NCBI GenBank assembly: GCA_963702475.1 | Contig: CAVPCT010000003.1 | Location: 544,001 to 608,000, forward strand | Length of the DNA stretch: 64,000 nt | Direction: 5' to 3' | Origin: an uncultured Thermoleophilia bacterium | GTDB lineage: Bacteria > Actinomycetota > Thermoleophilia > UBA2241 | Shown here: piece after piece, positions 39,037-48,066 of the stretch | How the letters are laid out: each line of letters begins with the position of its first letter | Position numbering within the stretch: the first letter of the stretch is position 1 | Notes under the pieces: model-generated | What the model saw: only the letters and a program-made list of their open reading frames with translations | Databases searched by the model: none | Told to the model about the DNA's origin: nothing | Made by a program: the position numbers and the translations under genes

Positions 39037-40422
39037 ATGAGCTCTGACGAACGCACCACCAACGAGACCGGCATGCACAAGCCGATCACGCGGCGCGACT
39101 TCCTCAAGGTCGCCGGCGTGGGCGGCGCCGCGCTCGGCCTTGCCGGCGGTCTCAGCGGCGCTCTCGCGGCGTGCGGCACCACCAGCGCCACCGACGACGG
39201 CGGCGGAAGCACCTCCGGCGCCGAGGGGCGCGAGATCAAAGTCGGCTTCGTCGCGCCGCTCACCGGGCCGCTGGCCGCCTTCGGTGAGGCCGACCAGTTC
39301 TGCGTCGACCAGTGGAACGCCGCCGTCAAAGACGGCCTCGCGACCGCCGACGGCGCCGTGCATCCCATCAGCATCATCATGAAGGACTCGCAGTCCGACT
39401 CGAACCGGGCGGCGCAGGTGGCCGGCGACCTCATGACCAACGACGCCGTCGACATCATGATGGTGGCCTCCACGCCCGACACGGTCGTGCCCGTCGCGGA
39501 CCAGGCCGAGGCGCTCGGCGTGCCCTGCGTCTCCAACGACTGCCCGTGGCAGGCGTACTACTTCGGCCGTCAGAAGGACCCCGCCAACCCCGTGCCGTTC
39601 AAGTGGACCTACCACTTCTTCTGGGGAACCGGCGAGGCCGCGAACGTCTTCATCGACCTCTGGGACAAGCTCGACACAAACAAGAAGGTCGGCGTGATGT
39701 GGCCGAACGACGCCGACGGCAACGCCTGGTCTGACCCCAAGACCGGCATGCCGAGCTTCTACGGGCCGGCCGGCTACACCTTCGTGAACCCCGGCAAGTT
39801 CCAGAACGGCACAGAGGACTTCACCGCCCAGATCGGCAAGTTCAAGGCGGCCGACTGCCAGATCCTCAACGGCGTCATGATCCCGCCGGATTTCACCAAC
39901 TTCTGGAAGCAGTCCTACCAGCAGGGCTTCAAGCCTGTCGTCGCGACCATGGCGAAGGCCATCCTCTTCCCGTCGGCCCTCGAGGCGCTCGGCGAGATCG
40001 GCTACGGCCTCACCTCTGAGGTCTGGTGGTCGCCGAACCACCCGTACAAGTCGTCGCTCACCGGCGAGACCTGCCAGCAGATAGGCGACGCGTACGAGAC
40101 GTCCACCGGCAAGCAGTGGACCCAGCCGATCATGCATTACGCCGTGTTCGAGGTCGTCGCCGACGCCATCAAGCGCACCGAGAACATCGACGACAAAGAA
40201 TCGATCCTGAGCGCCGTCGTGGGGACCAGCGTCGAGACCATCTGCGGCCCCGTCAACTGGGGCGGCGGCACCAACAACCCTGTCCAGAACGTCAGCACGA
40301 CCCCGCTCGTGGGCGGCCAGTGGATCAAGGGCACCAAGTACCCCTTCGACCTGGCCATCGTCGGCAACTCGCTCGCCGCCGACATCCCGCTCACGGGGGA
40401 GCTGCAGCCGATCGAGTACTGA
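39037..40422 (+). CDS. Liv-type ABC substrate-binding Tat lipoprotein 2
   Basis: TRRDFL, LAAC; clear paralog of 26732-28111 (NDCPWQAY, PPDFTNFWKQS). Confidence 0.9.
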   Translation: MSSDERTTNETGMHKPITRRDFLKVAGVGGAALGLAGGLSGALAACGTTSATDDGGGSTSGAEGREIKVGFVAPLTGPLAAFGEADQFCVDQWNAAVKDGLATADGAVHPISIIMKDSQSDSNRAAQVAGDLMTNDAVDIMMVASTPDTVVPVADQAEALGVPCVSNDCPWQAYYFGRQKDPANPVPFKWTYHFFWGTGEAANVFIDLWDKLDTNKKVGVMWPNDADGNAWSDPKTGMPSFYGPAGYTFVNPGKFQNGTEDFTAQIGKFKAADCQILNGVMIPPDFTNFWKQSYQQGFKPVVATMAKAILFPSALEALGEIGYGLTSEVWWSPNHPYKSSLTGETCQQIGDAYETSTGKQWTQPIMHYAVFEVVADAIKRTENIDDKESILSAVVGTSVETICGPVNWGGGTNNPVQNVSTTPLVGGQWIKGTKYPFDLAIVGNSLAADIPLTGELQPIEY

Positions 40423-40500
40423 TCTCGATCGATCCGGCATGCAGTCCGGCGCTGACCGAGCACGCGAGGAGGTCCCTGTGATGCGGGGCGGTGATAACCC

Positions 40501-41226
40501 GTGACCGTAGTCCTGGAGACAGTCGGTCTCTGCAAGTCCTTCGGCGGCGTCAAGGTCATCGACGACCTGAGCGTCAAGCTGTACGGGGGAGAAGCGCTGG
40601 GCATCGTCGGGCCGAACGGCGCCGGCAAGACCACCCTGTTCAACCTGATCACCGGCGTCTACCGGCCCGACGAAGGCCGGGTCATGTACAAGGATCGGGA
40701 CGTCACGCACGTGAGGCGTCACGACCGCTGCCGCCAGGGCATCGGTCGCACGTTCCAGATCCCCAGGCCGTTCGGCGACATGAGCGTGTTCGAGAACGTC
40801 CTGGTCTGCGCCGCTTACGGTCGCAACCTGAGCGAGCGCGCGAGCTACCGGCGCTGCGTCGAGACGCTCGAGCTCACCGGCCTCGCGGCCAAGGCCAACA
40901 AGCAGGCGGGCGCCCTCCCGCTGCTCGACCGCAAGCGGCTCGAGCTCGCGAGGGCGCTCGCCGGCGACCCCACCGTGCTCCTGCTGGACGAGATCGCCGG
41001 AGGCCTCACCGACTCCGAGGTCGAGGACCTCATCCAGACGGTCAAGGACCTGCACGCACAGGGCATCTCCATCATCTGGATCGAGCACATCGTCCACGCC
41101 CTGCTCGCCGTGGTGCAGCGCATCGTCGCCATCAGCTTCGGGCGCAACCTCATCGAGGGTGACCCCAACGAGGTCATGTGCAGCGACGAGGTGCAGGCCT
41201 GTTACATGGGGGGGACGCCGCTATGA
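40501..41226 (+). CDS. LivG-like ABC ATPase
   Basis: GPNGAGKTT, RTFQ, LLLDEIAGGL, IEH. Confidence 0.92.
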   Translation: MTVVLETVGLCKSFGGVKVIDDLSVKLYGGEALGIVGPNGAGKTTLFNLITGVYRPDEGRVMYKDRDVTHVRRHDRCRQGIGRTFQIPRPFGDMSVFENVLVCAAYGRNLSERASYRRCVETLELTGLAAKANKQAGALPLLDRKRLELARALAGDPTVLLLDEIAGGLTDSEVEDLIQTVKDLHAQGISIIWIEHIVHALLAVVQRIVAISFGRNLIEGDPNEVMCSDEVQACYMGGTPL

Positions 41227-41921
41227 CCGTCCTCGAGCTCAAGGAAGTCGACGTCTTCTACGGCGACTTCCAGGCCCTCTTCAAGGTCTCGTTCAAGGTC
41301 GAAGGGGGCCAGACCTTCGCCTGTATCGGCGCCAACGGCGGCGGCAAGTCCACGCTGCTCCGCACCATCGCTGGTTCCATGCGTCCCCGCTCGGGCGAGG
41401 TCCTGTTCCACGGCAAGCCGGTCGACTCCGTCCCTGCCCACGAGCGCGTCAAGATGGGCATCGCCCTGGTCCCCGAGGGGCGCCGCGTCTTCCCCAGCCT
41501 GAGCGTGCTGGAGAACCTGCAGATCGGCGCCTACGGCGGGCGCAAGGGCGACTGGAGCGTGGAGTCGGTGCTGGAGCTGTTCCCGCTGCTGAAGCCGCTG
41601 CTCAAGCGCCAGGCCTCGAGCCTGTCCGGCGGTGAGCAGCAGGCCCTGGCCATCGGGCGGGCGCTCATGTCCAACCCGGAGCTCCTGTTGCTGGACGAGG
41701 TCTCGCTGGGCCTCGCTCCCGTGGTCATCAAGCGCATCTACGAGGCCATGGTGCACCTGGTGGGCACCGGAACGACCATCGTCGTGGTCGAGCAGGACGT
41801 GCAGCACGTGCTCACGGTCGCCGACTACGTCGCCTGTTTCCTCGAGGGCCGCATCAGCCTCGAGGGCAAGCCGAGCGAACTGACCTCGGAAGCTATCACT
41901 GCAGCCTACTTCGGGATGTGA
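41223..41921 (+). CDS. LivF-like ABC ATPase
   Basis: GANGGGKST, VPEGRRVF, LSGGEQQ, VEQ. Confidence 0.92.
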   Translation: MTVLELKEVDVFYGDFQALFKVSFKVEGGQTFACIGANGGGKSTLLRTIAGSMRPRSGEVLFHGKPVDSVPAHERVKMGIALVPEGRRVFPSLSVLENLQIGAYGGRKGDWSVESVLELFPLLKPLLKRQASSLSGGEQQALAIGRALMSNPELLLLDEVSLGLAPVVIKRIYEAMVHLVGTGTTIVVVEQDVQHVLTVADYVACFLEGRISLEGKPSELTSEAITAAYFGM

Positions 41922-41925
41922 TGTC

Positions 41926-42798
41926 ATGACTTGGGTCAACGTCGCTCTTCAGGGCATTCTCCTGGGCGGGTTGTACGCCCTGTTCGCCACCGGCCTCGCC
42001 CTCGTGTTCGGCGTGATGCGCATGGTGAACCTCGCGCACGGCGACCTCGGCATCCTCGCCGCCTTCGTCTGCCTGTTCGTCGTGCAGTCGCTCAGCCTGG
42101 GCGTGATCTGGGCGGGCGCGATCACGATCGTCATCATGTTCGTCGTCGGCTATCTGCTCCAGCGGGGGCTGCTCAACTTCACCCTGGGCAGTGACGACAC
42201 CCGGCCGATCGTGGTGACGTTCGGGTTGTCCATCATCATCCAGAACGGCCTCATCATGTGGTGGTCGGCCGACTCCCAGGGCCTCGACGCAGGCGCCATC
42301 GAGAACGCCAGCATCACCATCAGCAAGCAGCTCGCGATCGGCTGGTTCCCACTGCTCGTGTTCGTCCTCTCCATCGTCGTGATCGCCGTGCTGCAGCTCT
42401 TCCTCAACCGCACCAAGATGGGCCGCGCCTTCCGCGCCACGTCGGACGACCGCGACGCGGCGGAGCTCATGGGCATCAACAACAAGCACATCTACGGGCT
42501 CGCCATGGCGGTCGCATTGGCCATCGTGGCGCTGGCCGGCGTGCTCCTCGCGGTGCGCAGCACGTTCGACCCGACGCAGGGGTCCTTTCGCCTGATCTTT
42601 GCCTTCGAGGCCGTGATCATGGGTGGCATGGGCTCCATCTGGGGCACGCTGCTGGGCGGCGTCGTGCTGGGTGTCGCGCAGACCGTCGGCTCCCAGGCGT
42701 TCGGCGCCGGGTGGGGCCTGTTCGTCGGCCACGTCGTGTTCCTCACCGTTCTGGCGCTGCGGCCCAGCGGCTTCTTCGCGAAGACGGTGACGGCATGA
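41926..42798 (+). CDS. LivH-like ABC permease
   Basis: GLALVFGVMRMVNLAHG, GRAFRA, MGGMGSIWG. Confidence 0.92.
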   Translation: MTWVNVALQGILLGGLYALFATGLALVFGVMRMVNLAHGDLGILAAFVCLFVVQSLSLGVIWAGAITIVIMFVVGYLLQRGLLNFTLGSDDTRPIVVTFGLSIIIQNGLIMWWSADSQGLDAGAIENASITISKQLAIGWFPLLVFVLSIVVIAVLQLFLNRTKMGRAFRATSDDRDAAELMGINNKHIYGLAMAVALAIVALAGVLLAVRSTFDPTQGSFRLIFAFEAVIMGGMGSIWGTLLGGVVLGVAQTVGSQAFGAGWGLFVGHVVFLTVLALRPSGFFAKTVTA

Positions 42799-43898
42799 CG
42801 GCCCAGGACAAACCCATGAGCATCACCGACTTCACCGTCTCGCGCTCCCGGAACATGCACCGCTGGGTGCTCATCATCTCGATCCTCGTCGTGATCGGTC
42901 TCGCCAGCGTGCCGTTCTGGTCAACCGTGGCCGTGTGCCGCACCATGGTGACCTTCTTCACCCTGCTCGCCCTGGCTCAGATGTGGAACCTGCTCGGCGG
43001 CTACGCCGGCCTCGTCTCCGTCGGCCAGCAGGCGTACATCGGCCTCGGCGCCTACGGCCTCTGGCTCATCGGCGACGTGCTCGGCCTGAGCCCGTTCATC
43101 GCCGTCTTCCTGGCCGGCGGCCTGGCTGCCCTCATCGCGCTGCCCGTGGCCCCGCTCATGTTCCGCCTCAAGGGCGGGTACTTCGCCATCGGCACGTGGG
43201 TGGTGGCCGAGGTCCTGCGTCTGATCGTCGCCAACATCGACGCCACCGGCGGCGGCTCCGGCAAGACGGTCATCTCCGCCGCCAAGCTGCCGCTCACCAC
43301 CCGCATCCCCGGCACGTACTGGCTGGCCATGACCGTGGCCGTGGGCTCCATCCTTCTCGTGTGGTTCCTGCTGCGCTCGCGCAACGGCCTGGCGCTCACC
43401 GCCATCCGTGACAACGAGCTTGCCGCCCAGAGCTCCGGCGTCAACGTGTTCCGCACGAAGCTGTACGTGTACCTGCTGTCCGCGTTCGGCTGCGGCGTCG
43501 TCGGCGCCGTGGTCGCCATGAACCTGCTGCGCATCCAGCCGGCGGCGGCGTTCAGCATCAACTGGACCGCCTACGCCATCTTCATCGTGGTGATCGGCGG
43601 CTTCGGCACCATCGAAGGCCCGATCATCGGGTCGGTCATCTACTTCGCGCTCCTGCAGACCCTGAGTCAGTACGGCACGCTGTACATGCTGCTGCTCGGC
43701 GTCATCGCCGTCATCATGGTGACGCTGGCCCCCAAGGGCATCTGGGGCTGGGTCGTGAAGCGCTGGGACCTGCACCTGTTCCCGGTGCGCCGCAACCTGA
43801 TGCTCGACGCATCGGTGCTCGGTCCACCGGACGAACCCAAGAAGCCGGCGGCGACTGGGGTCGCCTCCGGCAACGGCGCGGCCACAGAGGCCGGCTGA
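42795..43898 (+). CDS. LivM-like ABC permease
   Basis: WNLLGGYAGLVSVGQ, GGYFAIGT, AIRDNE, GGFGTIEGP. Confidence 0.92.
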   Translation: MTAQDKPMSITDFTVSRSRNMHRWVLIISILVVIGLASVPFWSTVAVCRTMVTFFTLLALAQMWNLLGGYAGLVSVGQQAYIGLGAYGLWLIGDVLGLSPFIAVFLAGGLAALIALPVAPLMFRLKGGYFAIGTWVVAEVLRLIVANIDATGGGSGKTVISAAKLPLTTRIPGTYWLAMTVAVGSILLVWFLLRSRNGLALTAIRDNELAAQSSGVNVFRTKLYVYLLSAFGCGVVGAVVAMNLLRIQPAAAFSINWTAYAIFIVVIGGFGTIEGPIIGSVIYFALLQTLSQYGTLYMLLLGVIAVIMVTLAPKGIWGWVVKRWDLHLFPVRRNLMLDASVLGPPDEPKKPAATGVASGNGAATEAG

Positions 43899-44031
43899 CG
43901 AGTGTGGGGTGCGGCGCCGGCCGCCTCAGGGCCGCCGGCGCCGCACCACATCGGGTCCGGCGCGGCTGTAGAGGGGGGCCGCGGCGGGTCTTCTCACCAC
44001 TCGTGGGGCCCCCGCGTGGGCGGGGCGCGTG

Positions 44032-44826
44032 ATGGAGGGCTTTGTGAACAACGATCACGCCGAAGACTCCCGGGAGTCGCGGAACGGCGTCCAGGTGCTG
44101 AGCCGTGCCGCGACGATCCTGCGCCTGCTGGCGGCGGACTCGTCCGGCGGGCTCACCTTCAGTGAGCTCGTGGCGAGGGCCGGTCTGCCGCGGACCACCG
44201 TGCATCGCATCCGTTACGCCCTGGAGCATGAGGGCTTCGTGGCCACCGACGAGGCCACCGGTCGCCTGCGACTCGGCCCGGGCCTTCTTCAGCTGGGCGT
44301 GGCCAGCCGGCGCAACCTGCCCGCGGTGGTGAAGCCGTACCTCGAGCGCCTGTCCACCGAGATCAACGAGACCGTCGACCTCACGGTGCTCGACGGTATG
44401 AACGTGCTCTTCATCGCGCAGATCCCGGCGCCGCAGCGTGCCCTCATGGTGGTCTCTCACGTGGGCGCCAGGTTCCCGGCCTTCTGCACCGCCAACGGAA
44501 AAGCCCTGCTGGCGCAGCTGCCGGCCGACGAGCTCAAGCGCCGGCTTCCGCGCAGGCTCGAGACGCCGGCGCGGCACCAGACCGTCACGCGAGACGACCT
44601 GCTCAAGGAGCTCGCCGAGGTGCGCGAGACCGGCGTCGCGTACGATCGCGAGGAGCATCACGTGGGCATCTGCGGGGTCGGCGTGACCATCACCGACATG
44701 GACGGCACCAAGGCGTCGGTGTCGGTGCCCATGCCGACCGCCCGCTTCGCCGAAGACGCCGACACGGTGGTTGCAGCGCTCGTGCGGGTGCGCGACGAGA
44801 TCCTCGTCGCGTTGCACAGCGTCTGA
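44032..44826 (+). CDS. IclR family transcriptional regulator 4
   Basis: VQVLSRA, GLPRTTVHRI, NETVDL, CTANGKALLA. Confidence 0.92.
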   Translation: MEGFVNNDHAEDSRESRNGVQVLSRAATILRLLAADSSGGLTFSELVARAGLPRTTVHRIRYALEHEGFVATDEATGRLRLGPGLLQLGVASRRNLPAVVKPYLERLSTEINETVDLTVLDGMNVLFIAQIPAPQRALMVVSHVGARFPAFCTANGKALLAQLPADELKRRLPRRLETPARHQTVTRDDLLKELAEVRETGVAYDREEHHVGICGVGVTITDMDGTKASVSVPMPTARFAEDADTVVAALVRVRDEILVALHSV

Positions 44827-44841
44827 CGCGGGAGGTGCGTG

Positions 44842-45432
44842 ATGACGGGCGCCGACGAGACTCCACTGGTGGTCGCCGTGGTGGGCAGCCCCCGCGCCAG
44901 GGGCAACACGTCCCTGCTCGTGGACGCCGCGCTGGCCGAACTGGAGCGGCGCGGCGCCCGGGTGCGCAAGGTGCTCCTGGCCGAGCACGCCGTCGCCCCG
45001 TGCCTGGGCCACCAGGAGTGCGGCCGCTTCAAGGTCTGCCCGCAGCGCGATGACGCCGCGGCCGTCCTGGACCTGGTGTATGAAGCCGAGGGGCTCCTGC
45101 TGGCCAGCCCCGTGTACTACGAGAACGTCACCGCCCAGATGAAGGCGTTCATGGACCGGAACGTGTTCCGGTACGCGCACGACGAGTGGCTGCCGGCGCG
45201 TGCCGTGGGGTTGCTGGCCGTCACCGCCGAGACAGGGTTGGACGACGCGCTCGACGCCATGCGCCGGTACGTGGCGCTGTCCACTGTGGCCGAGGTGCCC
45301 ACCGTGACCTGCGGCGTGTTCGCGGACGGGCTCGGCACGGACGGGCGGGGCGTCGTGGCGCAGCAGCCCGACGCCCTGGCTGCGGCGCGCACCCTGGCCG
45401 TCGACCTGGCGGCCGCTCTCGATCTGCGCTGA
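44842..45432 (+). CDS. Flavodoxin-fold FMN protein (iron-sulfur flavoprotein-like)
   Basis: GSPRARGNT, CLGHQEC-x5-C...DD, ASPVYY, MKAFMDR. Confidence 0.85.
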   Translation: MTGADETPLVVAVVGSPRARGNTSLLVDAALAELERRGARVRKVLLAEHAVAPCLGHQECGRFKVCPQRDDAAAVLDLVYEAEGLLLASPVYYENVTAQMKAFMDRNVFRYAHDEWLPARAVGLLAVTAETGLDDALDAMRRYVALSTVAEVPTVTCGVFADGLGTDGRGVVAQQPDALAAARTLAVDLAAALDLR

Positions 45433-45530
45433 GCGGCGTCTGCGCGGTCCTTGCGGGGTGCTGTGCGGCGCCCGGCGGCGCCTGGCTGACTCCGCGACCG
45501 CGGCGCGCAGCGGCACGTCGTGCGCGGCGC

Positions 45531-46136
45531 CTACTCCGGCCGGATGACCCGGTCCTCAGTGACGATCACGGTCACCGGGAGATCGTGGACCTCACACGGC
45601 AACTCGTCCACGATCTGCGCTTCGAAGGCGAGCGCCACGCGGGGGACGCCGGCGCGCGTGAGCGGCAGGTAGTTGTCGTAGAAGCCTCCGCCGTAGCCGC
45701 AGCGGTGGCCGTCGCAGTCGAAGGCGGCGCCGGGCACCACCACGACATCGATGTCGCCGGGGTCCACCAGCTCACAGGCCTGCGTGGGCTCAGGGATGTC
45801 CCAGGTGCCTGGTTCAAGGTCGGCCTCGACGTCATCGACGTGGAAAGCGAGCATCGTGCGCGGCCCCACTATGCGTGGCAGGCACACCACCTTGCCGGCC
45901 TCGAGCGCCCAGGCGATGAGCGGATCGGTGTCGATCTCGGTGCGGAAGGAGGCGAAGACCATCACGGTGCGGGCCTCGACGAGCTCCGGCAGCTCGCGGG
46001 CGCGCGCGCAGATGGCTGCGCTCAGGCGCGCGCGCTCCTCGGCGACCATGGCGTCGCGGGCGGCGAGGGCGGAGCTTCGCAGGGACTGCTTCGTCTCCGG
46101 GGACGGTGGGGCGGGGGGCTCGTGGGATGCGGACAT
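45531..46136 (-). CDS. ygfA: 5-formyltetrahydrofolate cyclo-ligase
   Basis: VPGAAFD...RCGYGGGFYD, HDLPV. Confidence 0.92.
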   Translation of the reverse strand: MSASHEPPAPPSPETKQSLRSSALAARDAMVAEERARLSAAICARARELPELVEARTVMVFASFRTEIDTDPLIAWALEAGKVVCLPRIVGPRTMLAFHVDDVEADLEPGTWDIPEPTQACELVDPGDIDVVVVPGAAFDCDGHRCGYGGGFYDNYLPLTRAGVPRVALAFEAQIVDELPCEVHDLPVTVIVTEDRVIRPE

Positions 46137-46300
46137 GCGCGGCGACCTCGCAAGTGTTCTCAGGGCTGACAACGGACGTGCCCGACGCTCGCCGGAGCAG
46201 GGCGGACAGGCATGGCTTCCTCTATAGTATAAAAGTCCCACCCGGTCGGGATGGACAGCTGTTCCATACACTCCCCGGGGCGACTGCCGAGAGGAGGGGT

Positions 46301-47467
46301 ATGGCGCTTCGCTCCCAGGAAGAGATCTCTCTCGCCGCGGCGTTCACGCGTACGCTGCGCAACCTCATGGCGCTGACGTCGTCCGAGGACCGCCGCGCGT
46401 GGCCGACCACGGCGCACATCCTCGAACAGACGCCGGTCGATGCCACGGTGCCGGCGTCCCTCTTCCGCCTGCTGCAGTTCCGCATCCTTCCCGAGCTGCT
46501 GGGCGAGAGCGCCGGCCCCGCCCTGTACGTGGCCGCCAAGCGCTTCAGCGCTTCGCTCGGTCTGCGCTCCATCCAGGGGCTCAAGGAGTGGTTCCAGACC
46601 ATGGGCCTCGGCGAGCTCGAGGTGGAACTCGACCAGGAGCGCGTGCTGGTCAAGCTCACCCAGTGCGCGAGCTGCAGGCTGCTGCCTCCCACCGGTACGG
46701 CCGTCTGCGACGTGGAGCGCGGCATCGTGGACGGCGTCCTCGAGACCGTCCTGGGCACCGAGGTGGTGACCAAGGAGACCCTGTGCTGGAGCCTGGGCGA
46801 CACGGTGTGCCAGTTCGAGGGTTACAGCGGCTCGCAGGGATACGCGTACCAGGAGAACGGGTTCCACCCCGACGCCCAGCGCCGCCTGCTCGTGCAGCTC
46901 GCCGAGCAGTCCGAGGTGGCGCTCAACAACCTGCGCCTGATCAACGAACGGCGCGAGCACGAGACGCGCGACGCGCTGACGGGTCTGGTCAATTTCCGCC
47001 GCTTGCGCGAGCACGCCGAGTTCGAGCTGGCCCGCGCGGCGCGGTACGGCCGCGGTGTGGCTGTGGCGATGATCGACCTCGACGGCTTCCGCGCCGTGAA
47101 CGAAGAGCTTGGCCGCGAAGGCGGCGACGAGGTGCTCTGTCACTGGGCCGCCGCCCTCACGGCGCAGCTGCGCAGCTGCGACCTGGTGTGCCGGTACGGC
47201 GGCGACGAGTTCGTCGTCGTGCTTCCCGAGACCGCTGAGCAGCAGGTCGACGGCGTGCTGGCGCGCGTCCTCGGGGCCACCGGGGAGCTGGCCACGACCG
47301 TGTCGGGTCGCACCGTCGCCCTCACCGCCTCCGCCGGCGTCGCCGTCTTCCCTCGGGACGGCTCCACCTTCGAGGACCTCGTCGCCAAGTCGACGACCAC
47401 CATGTACGCGGCCCGGGCCGGGGGCAGCGGCCGCGTCGCCTTCTTCTCGCGGCCGCCGCGTTCCTGA
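46301..47467 (+). CDS. Diguanylate cyclase with N-terminal V4R domain
   Basis: V4R C...C-x2-E-x-G...ETLCWSLGDTVCQF; DALTGL; RSCD I-site; GGDEF. Confidence 0.88.
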   Translation: MALRSQEEISLAAAFTRTLRNLMALTSSEDRRAWPTTAHILEQTPVDATVPASLFRLLQFRILPELLGESAGPALYVAAKRFSASLGLRSIQGLKEWFQTMGLGELEVELDQERVLVKLTQCASCRLLPPTGTAVCDVERGIVDGVLETVLGTEVVTKETLCWSLGDTVCQFEGYSGSQGYAYQENGFHPDAQRRLLVQLAEQSEVALNNLRLINERREHETRDALTGLVNFRRLREHAEFELARAARYGRGVAVAMIDLDGFRAVNEELGREGGDEVLCHWAAALTAQLRSCDLVCRYGGDEFVVVLPETAEQQVDGVLARVLGATGELATTVSGRTVALTASAGVAVFPRDGSTFEDLVAKSTTTMYAARAGGSGRVAFFSRPPRS

Positions 47468-47475
47468 CGCCGGCC

Positions 47476-47940
47476 GTGGCCGCCCGCGTCGAGATCCTCG
47501 CCGTGGGATCGCTCCACCGCGACCTCGAGCCTGCGGCGCGTCACTATCTCGACCTTCTCAAGCCGTTCATCGCCGTGAACGTGCGTGAGGTCAAGGAGGT
47601 GCCGCTGCGGGGTCGCGAGTCTTCGGAAGTGCTGCGCGACGAGGGCCGGCGATTGCTGGCCGTCTGGCCCAAGACCCCGGTGGTGGCGGCCCTCGCCGTG
47701 GAGGGCCGTGCGCTGCGGAGCGAGGCCTTCGCCGCGTGGCTGCACGAAGGATTCGAGCGCGGCGGCGTGGGGTTCGTGATCGGCGGCTCCGTGGGTCTGG
47801 GCGCCGAGGTGCTGGAGCGATGCGGCGAGCAGCTCTCCCTGTCGGCGCTCACACTCCCGCATCAGCTGGCGCGGGTCGTGCTCCTCGAGCAGGTCTTCCG
47901 CGCCGCGAAGATCCTCGCCGGCCAGCCGTACCATCACTGA
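47476..47940 (+). CDS. rlmH: 23S rRNA m3Psi1915 methyltransferase
   Basis: FVIGGSVGL, LSLSALTLPHQLARVVLLEQVFRA, PYHH. Confidence 0.93.
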   Translation: MAARVEILAVGSLHRDLEPAARHYLDLLKPFIAVNVREVKEVPLRGRESSEVLRDEGRRLLAVWPKTPVVAALAVEGRALRSEAFAAWLHEGFERGGVGFVIGGSVGLGAEVLERCGEQLSLSALTLPHQLARVVLLEQVFRAAKILAGQPYHH

Positions 47941-48066
47941 CGGCGCCGCCGTGGGGCAGGCCGCAGCGGCGCGTGCGGCCATGCTCGCCCGGTGCACGGC
48001 CGGGCAGGGTAGAATGAGCGTCCCGGTCGCGCGGCCGGGCGCTGCCCACGGACCCTGGTGTGATCC

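Noticed and set aside
46137-46300. Possible 6S RNA or folate/ZTP riboswitch upstream of ygfA; near-palindrome tggacagctgttcca
   Set aside because: No long 6S-like rod or ordered ZTP consensus seen; the region is explained as a divergent promoter, and the match to the IclR box is poor.
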